From: Amphiscolops sp. MND2022
Lineage: Eukaryota
Length of the DNA stretch: 64,000 nt
Assembly: GCA_964187785.1 (NCBI GenBank)
Contig: OZ076409.1
Coordinates: forward strand, 60,080,001-60,144,000
Reading direction: 5' to 3'
Shown: piece by piece, positions 52,534 through 64,000 of the stretch
How the letters are laid out: every line of letters begins with the position of its first letter
How positions within the stretch are numbered: the first letter of the stretch is position 1
Position numbers and translations under genes: made by a program
The notes under the pieces: generated by a model
The model's input: only the letters and a program-made list of their open reading frames with translations
What the model was told of the DNA's origin: nothing
Databases searched by the model: none

Positions 52534-54030
52534 TCCCTTAATACAAGCAAACCCAAAACGTTACATCTCGAAAAACTTCACGCCTTAGTTTCTCATAGTA
52601 TGCCCCCTATGTTTCAATAGTGGCTCGAAAAACATTCTGTCGGTAAATGAAATTATCAAGAAAATTGTGCCTGCAGGAAAATCTTCTAATAGGAGACAAC
52701 TACATTTATCAATGCTTTCATTCATTTTTTGCTTGTAGTTTAATTAACTGAAGGTAAAGCACTTTACCTTCGTTGGAGATTTAAAAAAATATTCGTTCAA
52801 ATTTCAGGGTGAATATCATCTATATGAGGATTTAATTGAAATGTTTTCCTCTGAATTGAGTGTTATCGGTTATTATGAAAGAAGTTCAGTATCTGAGCGT
52901 TGAATTTAGAATCCGGCTCAATTTTTCGAAAAAGGAAGAAAAAGGTTTTTTTCTACAAACTTCCTTCCAAAAAGGAAGTATTTTAATTATTATTTGTTAA
53001 TTCTAACAAAAAGCTTTTCACAACTGTCTTCACACTTCCGGTATCAATTTTCTAATGAGAACCTCAGTTATGGACAAGAATTCTTTTTCGAACCTTTCCT
53101 GTTTTTCCTACTCAATTATTCACGCATTTCCATTAAATAGATACCGTCCTTGTCAAATTTCTTGCCAGAATCATCTTTCTGCGCAGAATGGAAGAATACA
53201 CTCAAGTGTATGAAGAATGGAATATGATATAATTATCAAAATGAACCAATTCATTTTGTTTTCCAAGAAGTTTAAGTCTCTCAAAATTTTTGCTGATTGA
53301 AGCTCTTTTGCTAACATCGGGTGAAAATCTCTAGGAAAACATCGAAGTTTGTTCGGAAATTTCACCCAATACTCGAACCTAAACACATTTCTAAAACCGG
53401 AATTAGTTTTGAAACAGGTGCTAAGGCACTGCGATGTTTCTCGCAGCAAATTAGCTTTTGGGAAAAAGTCTAGACCTCTTTTAAGGCACTAAAACTTGAC
53501 GGAAGAAAATTGACCAGGAAAGTTCATAAGAATGAATCATTATTCGGGGCTGAAAACTATTAAAAGAATATTCGGGTCCAACAATGAGAATTTTGGGCTA
53601 GAAATTCTATAAACAGCTGTAGAAAGTGCAATATCAACCATTTCCAAAGTATTTGTCCAGTAAATTGTCTCTCGAGAGAATTTCTAGCAAAAATTCTTGA
53701 GATGAAGGACAACGAAAGCGCGCCGTTACTTTGATGTATGAAAGTAATGATACCATAAAAAAGGGCAGATTTGAGTTGAATGAGTTCAAACATGAAAATG
53801 ACTTTCCCAACCATCTTTGCGAGCTTGTGAAAACGCTCACTTAAATCATTGCATACTTCCCTTAAAAACAAGCCAAACTCCTTTCTCCGGAACAGCCTAC
53901 CTCTGTGAGCTGTCTTCAGATTTTTTGGCAAAAAATTCTCGATAAAGACGTATTTAATATTTCGAGAAAACGGGATATAATCTTGCACGAGCCGGTTTTT
54001 CCGATTAATTATGGGAAACAGCATACAGAG

Positions 54031-54953
54031 CCCTAGGTTGAAAAAATGTAATTCTTGAAAATATCTTCCAAGATGTCTTGCAAGATCTTGCAAGTCAATG
54101 CATTATTCTTGCAAATTGTCTTGCAAGATTCTTCCAAGATTTTTGCAAGAACTGAATTGACATTGTGTTATAATTGCTAGGAAAGTGTCGAACTTTCAAG
54201 ATATTTGCAAGCTTCGACTGAGAATTCAAGGTGCCCAAAAATCTTTTCGTTCCATTGAACATCACCATTAATAATCAACTCCACTAGTCCCTATACTCTA
54301 TTATCAAAAAAGCGATTCCAGACATTTTTATTCAGAATGTTTTGAATAAGATTTTAATAGACAAAAAATCTGAGTTCAGTCACCTCAGTTTTGTCAATTT
54401 AATATGACTTAAGGGATACTGCCGGATAGATACAGCCAGAGTCTCACTTCTTAAATTGTGAAGGACCCAAAAATGCAAACTCTAGAAAAATAAAACTCTA
54501 GTGTGATTTTAGAAATAGGCCCTAAAAGCCTATTGTTTGTAATAAAAAACCGATATTTGAAACTCAGTTTTGATGTAGTACATTGGAAAACAAATGGCTT
54601 TCTTCTATCATATACACGATGGAGACTTTGAAATTAGGCCGAACGAACCTAAATGGATTATAGGTGTACATTTTTTGAAAAAAAAACGCAAAACAAGAGA
54701 AAAAAAATCTTTTTCGACAATTGGAGTGGCTGTTGACTACGTTATCATAATTCATTTGTTGTCTTGCAAGTTTTGCATGGTCTTGCAAGATTCTTGCAAG
54801 ACTGGTATTCTAATTTATCATCTTGCAAGGTTTGCATTGTCTTGCAAGATTCTTGCAAGACTTGCATCGGTTTGCAAGAAGCTTGCAAGAATACCAAGTT
54901 TTGTAAGAAACTTGCAAGATAAGTGCAAGTTTTCAATTTTTTCGAAACTAGGG
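54031..54953. mobile_element. Non-autonomous CACTA/CMC-like element
   Basis: Terminal inverted repeats (TIRs) CCCTAGGTTGAAAAA / TTTTTCGAAACTAGGG, 2-bp TSD AG, subterminal CTTGCAAG arrays at both ends. Confidence 0.75.
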
Positions 54954-55535
54954 AGCTGATGCAGTATTGGGTCTCGATACAATGAAAAAAGTTGGTAACT
55001 GAAGAACTGAAAGAAATTGTTGGCAATTACGTGTTACATGTCTCAATGCATTAAAAAGCATAACGACTGGTTGTTTTTGCATTATTTTGACTCGGGCAAA
55101 TCTCGAGGTAACGAATAACTGATATCATTCGGAGTTAGAAATGTTCAATATATTTCATCTCTCAAGGGCAGTCTTTGTTGAAACGCTTGAACTATTTGCA
55201 TGTTCTTGGAAATTGTCACCACTATTTCTAACAATTTACCGAAACCTTTACAGACACTTTCATGCAAAAGTAGTTCCTTGTTCTATATGATATCTATCAA
55301 GCTGCTTCAGAGAACCGTACTAAATTTGGCGGTGATTTAGGACTTGAAAACATTCTGGGTTCATTGAAAAACAGTTTGGATTTTGAATGCAATTGAAAAA
55401 TTATCAATTTTACCGCAATTTTGATGCAAAATAACTAACAGCTCAAAACTAACAGCTGATTTGGTCTTTACGCCGGTCCCTGATTTTTTCTACTTTCCGG
55501 CAAAAAGTCAGAACAACTTTCAAAATGGCTGTATA

Positions 55536-56669
55536 CCCGGATTGACCCTCTTACTAGCATCTTGGCTATCTTGGCAAGATCTTGCCAAATTCTTACTACA
55601 TCTTGGCAACCATGGAACCAATGGCAAGATTCTTATTAAGATCTTACTAAGATAATACATTATCCCAAGATCGTATCTTAGCACGATGGACAAAAATCTA
55701 AGATTTTATAAAAACACTATACCTTCGGTACAAGCAGCCGAAACTCTATCTAAACGCTAATTTCACCCAACAACGACTATTTCTACCCAATTTCATAATC
55801 AAAATGCCTCAACCCGCTAAAATAATGTGCGAAAATTTACGATAACGTATTCTGGCTTCCGAAGTCCTGACGAGAATCTTAATAACTCTTCGCCTGCTTA
55901 AGACTGAAAAATGCGAATGCACCAAATGGAAGCTCATTTTAGGAACTTTTGAAAACTTGTAACGCATCACTCCTGTCGATTCCAGACGCGGAGACAAATG
56001 CGCTTAAACGTCCAGAGCTACTATCGGAAAATTATACAGCTCGGGAATTATAATAAATTATTATAAATCGGGAAATGTTTTCAAATTCATATCTCCAGCT
56101 TTTTTGAGCCTGTTTCAGCAGTCCTATTCCTGCTGGAAACAGCGGCCATTGCCCAGTTTTTGGGTAATGATGTAGCTCGAGGCTTTTCTGACGCCGTTAT
56201 TGGCCTCGATTTTGCCATTGATCGAACAATTCAATCAGTGCCTCCTTAAATATACAGTATAAGCACTCTTCAATTAAATTTTATACCTTGCTAACAGAGA
56301 ATTGTCATGTCTAACATTGTAAATCTGCATAGATCATCTATGCAGATTTACATTGTTAGACATGACAATTTTTTATTAGCAAGGTATAAAATTTAATTGA
56401 AGAATGCTTATGCTGTATATTTAGGGAGGCACTGATTAAATTGTTCGATACATGGTGTATATTTTTGTTGACTTCCTTTCAGATTTTTTCTGCCCAAATA
56501 GGATTTTACAATGAAATTTTTCTTGGTAACATGGCTCTCTTGATAAGATTTTGCCATGGAATTTTGCAATTCTTGGCAATATCGGCAAGATCTTAGCTAA
56601 GATTTTTCCAAGATCTTCGCAAAATCTTGCCAAAATCTTACTAAGATATCCATGGAGGGTCGACCCGGG
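55536..56669. mobile_element. Non-autonomous CACTA/CMC-like element
   Basis: TIRs CCCGGATTGACCCTC / GAGGGTCGACCCGGG, 2-bp TSD TA, subterminal CTTGGCAAGATCTT repeats. Confidence 0.75.
56221..56449. repeat. 229-bp near-perfect palindrome
   Basis: 114-bp arms around a single C at 56335, with about 8 mismatches by eye. Confidence 0.93.
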
Positions 56670-57084
56670 TATACTCAGCGTGGCGTCAATGGACAGAAAT
56701 CCTGGATTTCTCTCATCCACATTCCTTAAACAAGGCAGCACTTTGATCTCGTTCCCATATTCGACCTCAAATCTGCTGCACGTCTTGTACACCCAGAAAG
56801 AGCAATTGACTTGTCTCCCCCATACACTGAAAACGGCTTTTTGGTATTCAATTTTGTAGCTCTTCCTATGAGCTTCCAATATCGCTTCTACGATAGGTGA
56901 AATATACCATGGTTTTCTAGATCTTTCGCCTACTAGGTTGATGCTTGCTGATCAAAGTGTTCTTTTGCGATTGCTTTTGGACACTCAGAGCACCGTTTAT
57001 CGGTGCAATGCTAGCACAACCCCACCCCCCAGTCATCACTAAATTCAGCCGGAACCGAAATCACTGCTCAAAAGCTGGTAAAAC

Positions 57085-58127
57085 CCCTAAGTTACAAAAA
57101 TCACAACTCTTGCAAAATTCTTACAAGAATTCTTGTAAGATCTTGTAAGAAAATGCATTTTTAGAATCTAACTCTTGCAAAAATCTTGCAAGATTTGCAT
57201 TTTTCTGCTCAGAATGTTACAAAAAATGCATAAATCCGACCATTTTTTTGCATTTCCTGCCTCAAAAAAAATGAACGGCTGCAAAAGAAAACTATCTGTA
57301 CGCGAAAAATGACAAATTGCCCATATTAGAGCATCTAGATTTTATATTATCGGGATGCCTTATTTGCATCATGAGCATTGTTTGATGTTATATTGTTGTA
57401 AAGCTTTCGCTTACAACATTAAAGCCCTGCGTGGAGTCAGTGCCTCTGAGAGAGCAATGTCCTCCATTCTCAGCAGTCTCATGACTAGTTGAAATGGGCT
57501 GGAGAAGAAATGAAACCGATGGTTGAATTTTGCTAGAATTTTCAGGGTTTTTATAGTTTTCAATATGACATTGCACAGGTGGTTTTGTAGTATTTTTTAC
57601 AGATTTTCTCCATCACAGTAGCTGACAGCAGGTTCGGGTTAGAATCGTTAGAAAGCCCTTGAAATGTATTTTCAATTGGTATCATGTTCATATTCCTATC
57701 ATCATTAGCTGAAGAGTTCTCGGAGTTTTTGTCCGGAGATTCATAGCTGGAATACGTTATAGTAATTTCTGGGGTAAAATTGCATGTAAAATCTTCTTGC
57801 TCAAAATTAACAATTTGGAGCCTTTTGCTGGGATCCTGGGACAGTTTGTGCATTGTAAACGGCAACTGTGGCTGTTGTTGCTGGTAGTTTGATGATTTTT
57901 GAAGTTTTGGTCGAATTAACACATCACATTTTTTGTAAGAATTTTTTACCAAAAAAATGCATTTTTTGCAAAAATGTTATCAGAATCTTGTAAGAAATGT
58001 TCGACATTGTAACAAATTTGCAAAATTTGCGATTCTTGTACAAACTTGTAAGATTCTTGCAAGAAATGCAAAGCTGACGAGAATTTCGGAAGAATTTTGC
58101 AAGATTTGTGATTCTTGTAACCTAGGG
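57085..58127. mobile_element. Non-autonomous CACTA/CMC-like element with coding-like interior
   Basis: TIRs CCCTAAGTTACAAAAATCACAA / TTGTGATTCTTGTAACCTAGGG, 2-bp TSD AC, subterminal CTTGCAAG/CTTGTAAG arrays. Confidence 0.78.
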
Positions 58128-60799
58128 ACAAAACCTGATCAATTTTAGGAGTACTTTTATTACCGTTCTGATTATGTTATCCAAACCTATCATGTTTAGA
58201 GCGAATTCATCGAGCAAGCACATTAAAAATTTTACTTTTGACAGATATGCTAATTAGATCCTTGCATAAAATCCTCTTAAATTTCGGTATTTTGGTGAAG
58301 CAAATTTCAATATAAAAGACTGTTCGACCGACTGTTTCAACAATATGACTTTTCACTGAGATCATAGCACCAATTTTGTTGGCAGATTTTTCATTGACAA
58401 CTAACGTTTGAACAAGCACTAGATCGTCAATTTTCTAAGCACTGTACTTGAATAAAAAAATCTTTTGTTCTCCGACATCACTGACATCTTGAATCAACTG
58501 ATTTTTTGTAGCCTGAAGTATGCCTTTCTTTACAGTTCTTGTATGTCAGCATAGAAAACAAGACGCCCACTATGCACTGGGATATTTTCCGCCTTCAATT
58601 GACTAACAAAAGACACTTAATCGAAAATTTACCTCCTCCTTGGTAAAACGCAATTTTTTTCGGATATAGCGTCTAATTCGGATATAGCGCCATTTTATCG
58701 AACCTCAGCTTCCTCCGTTGTAAAACACAATTAACTTCGGATATAACGTCAAAAGTTCGGATATAGCGTGCGGAGACAAATGGGAACGCTTGTTTTCGAA
58801 CCTCTGCCTCCTGCTCCGTAAAACGCAATATTAAATTTAAAATGGAGTAAAAAGTGGAGTTTTGGCAGAATTTGGAAAAAAACCAACATAGATTATGATT
58901 TTCCTCCCCCGTACACAATATATTTTGTTTGGTGCGGAAAACAATAAAAGAAAGCAAGATGTAGTTGAAACTGAAGCAAAAATTGCACACGGACTTGGTT
59001 TATGAATCACAATTACTTTTCGTTGAAACAATCGTATTTTACAGACTAGTCCAAACTGATGGAATTTCCTCGATGCTGGATTTCTCCAGCGCATCATGAA
59101 AGATAGTTCATTAAAAGAACCTAGAAAATTCAGTAAACTCCCGGTGGGAAGCCTCGTGTGATCACACTGCAGTTTTACTGTTTTCCATTTCGTTACCGAC
59201 AGGGTAGCTTTGTTTTCACACTTTAATGTCTCAGCTACCCATCTGACGTATTCATCGCTTCTGGAATAGCAAGCTTACTTACAGTTTAAATCGTGAGGAG
59301 ATTTTTTGGATTGGAAGTGCGGTAAAATTGATGATGATATCTGAGTTGCATTCAAAAGTAAGACTAATACCTCTTGAAACTTGCAATACTTGAAGGCCTA
59401 AAATTGCAGCCGGATACCAATGCTGCTTTCAATTAGCTCGATGAAAATAGACAGGACAGTAAAATGTTTTCCCCATCAAAGTTTCCGCAAGAGTTTTGGA
59501 AAATCACAGTAAAAGTTCGTGAGAAATTTCAATTACATGCAAAGTTTTCAACAATTTCAATAAGGGAAGACTAGAAACTCACCGATGTTTTAAGTTCCTT
59601 ATCTTATTTGTCTCGCAGAAGAACTCTATAATCCTATAATCGCAATTAAGATTCCCACAGTAACTCTATTTGTAACCTTTACGTGAAAATTTAACAATTG
59701 TTAGTGAAATTTCCTGCAGTGGTCTCAATTTTTACTTTTTTGCAAGTTTTTAGTTTACTCCTAGACAAACTAGTGCCTCTTGAAAAATTGTTCAAGGAAA
59801 ACCATTTCCTCGCCTAACCTGTCAAAGGATAAATTGTTTTGCAAGATTCTTCGCAGTTGCTCATACCTCAGGCTTATATTTTTTGAGGAGAAAAACAAAA
59901 ACATGTCACATTTGTGTTTTTAGATCGATGCTGTTTAACAACTAAATCATGCTTTGAGTCACAATTTTGTTTTGGAAAGTTTTTGATTAGCGTTCAAAAC
60001 TCAAGTCACTTGTCATATTCAGTTCACAAATTTTTATCTATAAGAATTTCAAAACTATTACTCGGTGACCGTTTATACTCTAATTGGTTTCTAAAAAAAT
60101 TTCCGCCTGTACCGAATCTTTAGCTCGTTCATTGACCCATTACAATAATTCCACAAATACTGAATACTGATTTTTTAACAATCTAAAGGAATGGCTCTTA
60201 TCTTTCTTATCGAACAGCTAGAGGTCGTTTCGAAACTACCTCCAGCTAACCTTATGTAACCCCTACCAGCATCGCGCTTTGAGTTGTCTCTGATTATTGC
60301 TCTAATTGCGCACTTTGATTGACCTGTAAGTTGTAATTCTCAAAGGACAGCATGTGGTGAATTCTTAATGACATAAATCCGTTGTAATAACTGAAAAAAT
60401 TGTGTGAAATTTCCAATTGCTCCACAAAATTACCCTCTGCTTGATAAATTAATTCTGAATTCCCCCAAATCCGGAATTCAGCTGTAATCTTGGTATTTTG
60501 AAGGAAACGTGGTACGTAATTTGCAGGGTCTTACTGTCGGAAAAATACAAGCACGTCAGTTGTGCAACCTCGCTTCATAATTTATTCAATTCACTTGCTG
60601 TCCAAGCTTGATTCAATCTTATCCTGGCTCACTTGGGATACAAGATAGACAGTTGGTATGACAAATTTGGCAGTCCGTAAGGGACGAACTCAATAATTCA
60701 CGCACGTTTCTGAAAAAGGAATGGATAAAAATCATCGAATTAAAACAATCATGAACTTCCAATTTCGCAGAGTGAACGTACATGCAGAAAACACATGCT

Positions 60800-60855
60800 T
60801 TGTTTACTCGTAAGGGATTCTTGGTGCGCACCAAGAATCCCTTACGAGTAAACAA
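60800..60855. repeat. Perfect 56-bp palindrome
   Basis: TTGTTTACTCGTAAGGGATTCTTGGTGC followed by GCACCAAGAATCCCTTACGAGTAAACAA, no spacer. Confidence 0.95.
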
Positions 60856-61072
60856 TTGCGCAATTCCAATTCGTCGAACATTCAAATCGGCGAAAAATGA
60901 AAAGCTATTAAATGCGTCGAAAGAATTCCATATAAGCGATTATTTTCATTTGGTTATAGTTTGTGGCGATTAGCACGTTTGTTGTATGATGGCTCGGTCG
61001 CTTCGCTCCCTTCGTCAAGTAGCAATATTGAGGCATGGCCATATGGCACGTCGCTTCGCTCGTGCATTTGTC

Positions 61073-62725
61073 GGGACCATGTCATCTATTTCTAGGTACA
61101 CCTTGTTGAGAATTTCCCCTCAACACTTAAGCACATTTTGTTCTTAAATAAAAATGTTTCACTCATAAGAGAAAATTATATGAATGTATATACTGAGAGG
61201 ATTGTATCTACAACTGTTTGCAAATTAGATGAATTGTGATTAGGAAAATCGTGATTTTTGACATATTTTTTTTGAACATTTTCATCTATTTCTCAGGACC
61301 TAAAATTAGGAACATGACGAAACTTCTTATAAACGATCCTCATAAAATGTAGAACAATTGTGGAAAGTTTGAGCAAAATCGTCTCGATAGTTCTTGAGAT
61401 TATAATGAGTTTGAGATGAAAAATCGCGATTTCCAAAATTTTTTCAATCATTTTCGTCTATTTCTCAGGACCTAAAACTAGGAAATTAATGAAATTTTAT
61501 ACACACGATCCTCATAAGGTGGACAATAATTTTGGAAAGTTTGAGCGTAACCATGCCAATAGGTTTTGAGAAATTAGATGAATTGTGATTAGGAAAATCG
61601 TGATTTTTGACATATTTTTTTGAACATTTTCATCTATTTCTCAAGACCTAAAATTAGGAACATGACGAAACTTCTTATAAACAATCCTCATAAAATGTAG
61701 AACAATTGTGGAAAGTTTGAGCAAAATCGTCTCGATAGTTCTTGAGATTATAATGAGTTTGAGATGAAAAATCGCGATTTCCAAAATTTTTTCAATCATT
61801 TTCATCTATTTCTCAGGACCTAAAATTAGGAACTTGACGAAATTTAAACTTCTTATACACAATGCATACAATCTTACCGAGAAAGTTCCTTTGGGGCGAT
61901 GAGTTGAAATAAATTTACTATCGTGAACATTCATTATTCATGGATCTGAAAAAAAAACATCTCCTAAGACCCAAAAAAATGTCAAAGGGATTAATGTCAA
62001 AGAAATAACGTCTAAATTCAATGTATTAAGATTTTGAATAGGCATGACTGGCGGTAGACGTTATTCCCGTTGAGCATTTAGACGTTATTCCTTAGACGTT
62101 ATTCCTTAGACGTTATTCCCGCTCGCCGATATGATGACAACCAAAAATGATAAAATTCAAAATGGCCGCGTTCATCAAATTCGAATTTTTCAAAGTTAGA
62201 AATTTTTTCAAATGGAAGTTTTTCTTTGACGCAACTTCAAGTTTCCAAAAAATGAATTCAAAACTTTTTTTTCGCGATTTGAAGTTTTTCAATTTCCATG
62301 AATAGTCCCATGCATGGCCATGCATGGTCCATGCATGGCCATTCATGGGATGTGACTTTTTACATGGACCATGCATGGGATCGCATGGGATCGCATGGGA
62401 CCTCAGTACGGGTGGACACTTCAGGTTGAAAAAATACCATCATTTTTTGATATTATTGTCCAAAATAGCAGAAATTCACGTTTGAAACGAGCTAAAATCG
62501 TATAAAAAGGCCCCTATTTCAGCGCAAATGTTGTCCGCTATAAAATCTAATGAGCAACTTTTGACTGACAGTCATTGTGATGGACAGGATTATGTCGACA
62601 TCAATTAGTTTATTGGACCAAAGTTTCAACGCAAACGATGTCGACATAATGGTATTTGAACCTTCTGTCATATTTTCCCCCGCCGCAGTTCTTTTTGGGG
62701 GGGGGGGGATTTATGACAGGGTCCC
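61073..62725. mobile_element. Inverted copy of the same MITE, interrupted by a ~1.2-kb insertion (61221-62412)
   Basis: 61073-61220 and 62413-62725 match the reverse complement of 63490-63945. The insertion holds a ~349-bp tandem repeat (units at ~61222 and ~61571) and CATGCATGG arrays ending CCTCAGTACGGGTG. Confidence 0.75.
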
Positions 62726-62879
62726 GTTATCGTAATTTTGAATGCTCGAATTTGATTGGCCAAAATCAATTCATTCCATTACGTCATACAATGCTCCCCG
62801 GGATTCTTATGTTTAGAGCATTCATAATTGGTAAAACATCAGGTATACTGACAGCAAATTTTATTGCGAAGTTTTTACC

Positions 62880-63458
62880 ATTTTTAGTCGGCGCTTTATC
62901 CTTTTAAGGAGAAATGCCCGACTATAGCAGTGACCTTTTTTTCTTTAGACTACAATCCTCACACTGATCGGTCCACTTTTCTTACAATTCTCACAATCTT
63001 AAGATCTTACAATTCTTACTTTAAAAGCTTGCGAAGTAGTATTTTTACATCATCTAAGAAACTCAAAGGGACCAAAGGGTACTCCCTTAGAGTATTTTCG
63101 GCTCTGTGAGACATTTTTCGAAAAACAAATTTTCCCCAAAGGGTCCCCCCTTCAATTTTTTTGGAGTTTTCCGACAGAACGGATGTTGAAAAATCCCAAA
63201 GGGTCCCCCCTTTCAGTTTTATCGGCATTGTGAGACTTTTTTCAAAAATTTTTTTTCACCAAAAGTGCCCCTCCAATTTTTTTTGAAGATTTGCGACAGA
63301 ATGGATGAAAAATTTCAAAGTGTCCCCTCTGGTGCGCCAATTCGGTTCTACTTTTGGGTTTTTTGGTACCGTAGAAGAGAATACTTTAACACTTTGAAGT
63401 CCTTTTGCTGTTTTTGAGCCTTAGATATGGCACCGACTTGGGCCGTTCCCGGCTTGTT
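62880..63458 (+). repeat. Dispersed repeat family ending GATATGGCGCCGACTTGGGCCGTTCCCGGCTTGTT (possibly Helitron/Helentron-like)
   Basis: Related segments at ~22780-23256, ~25070-25250, and inverted at ~14985-15050 and ~22345-22620. Small terminal hairpin GCCG-TTCC-CGGC. Confidence 0.55.
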
Positions 63459-63489
63459 TAACATTTTGCGAAAATTCTAAACACCTTTA

Positions 63490-63945
63490 GGACCATGTCA
63501 TCTATTTCCTCACCCCCCCTCCCGGGGAGGAGATAAGACAGAAGGTTCAAATACCATTATGTGACATCGTTTGCGTTGGAATTTTGGTCCAATAAAACAA
63601 TTGATGTCGACATAATCCTATCCATTACATTGACTGTGAGTTAAAAGTGGCTGATTAGATTTTATAGCGGACAAAATTGCCGCTGAAATAGGAGCCTTTT
63701 AGTACAATTTTAGGTTTTTTCAAACGTGAATTTCTGCTATTTTAGACAATAATATCAAAAAATTATGGTAATTTTTTTACCTGAAGTGTCCAAACAGTTG
63801 AAGAGACCATCCTCTAAGTATATAAAATCATATAATATTCTCTTATTAGTGAAATTTTTTTACTCATGGACAAAATGTGCTTTCGTGTTGGGGAGGGGGG
63901 AATTCCCAACAAGGTGTACCTGGGGGGGATAGATGACATGGTCCC
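63490..63945. mobile_element. ~455-bp MITE, uninterrupted copy
   Basis: TIRs GGACCATGTCATCTAT / ATAGATGACATGGTCC. An inverted second copy lies at 61073-62725. Confidence 0.75.
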
Positions 63946-64000
63946 ATTTTTAAAACTCCTCTGGCCGAGATGTCAAATATTATATGCAGAAATTTGCGCA

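Noticed and set aside
56680..56940. Possible helix-turn-helix/transposase N-terminus (HRKSYKIEYQKAV)
   Set aside because: The resemblance is too weak, no downstream DDE domain is present, and other frames look equally protein-like.

Overview
AT-rich, repeat-dense eukaryotic DNA, probably from an invertebrate animal; the species cannot be determined from the sequence. The centrepiece is a young 15.9-kb Ty3/Gypsy LTR retrotransposon (26601-42491) with 1.7-kb LTRs about 99% identical by eye and a CCCAC target-site duplication (TSD). Its architecture is unusual in four ways. (1) gag starts inside the LTR and reads through the LTR end and the primer-binding site (PBS). (2) gag and pol are joined by an A_AAA_AAC -1 slippery site. 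(3) Downstream of pol lies an antisense gene of about 1,216 codons split by four in-frame GT-AG introns; its product looks like a hAT-type DNA transposase that keeps its zinc finger but has lost its catalytic residues. (4) A divergently oriented sense ORF with a SUMO-interacting-like motif and a Cys cluster appears to run through the polypurine tract (PPT) into U3. The window also contains an older decayed Gypsy element (43932-49376, minus strand), a BEL/Pao integrase plus LTR fragment, several CCC...GGG CACTA/CMC-like non-autonomous elements with 2-bp TSDs and differing interiors, Helitron-like repeats, MITEs, two striking palindromes, one class A GPCR-like exon and weaker minus-strand exon candidates. 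All family assignments come from motif recognition by eye, not from database searches.
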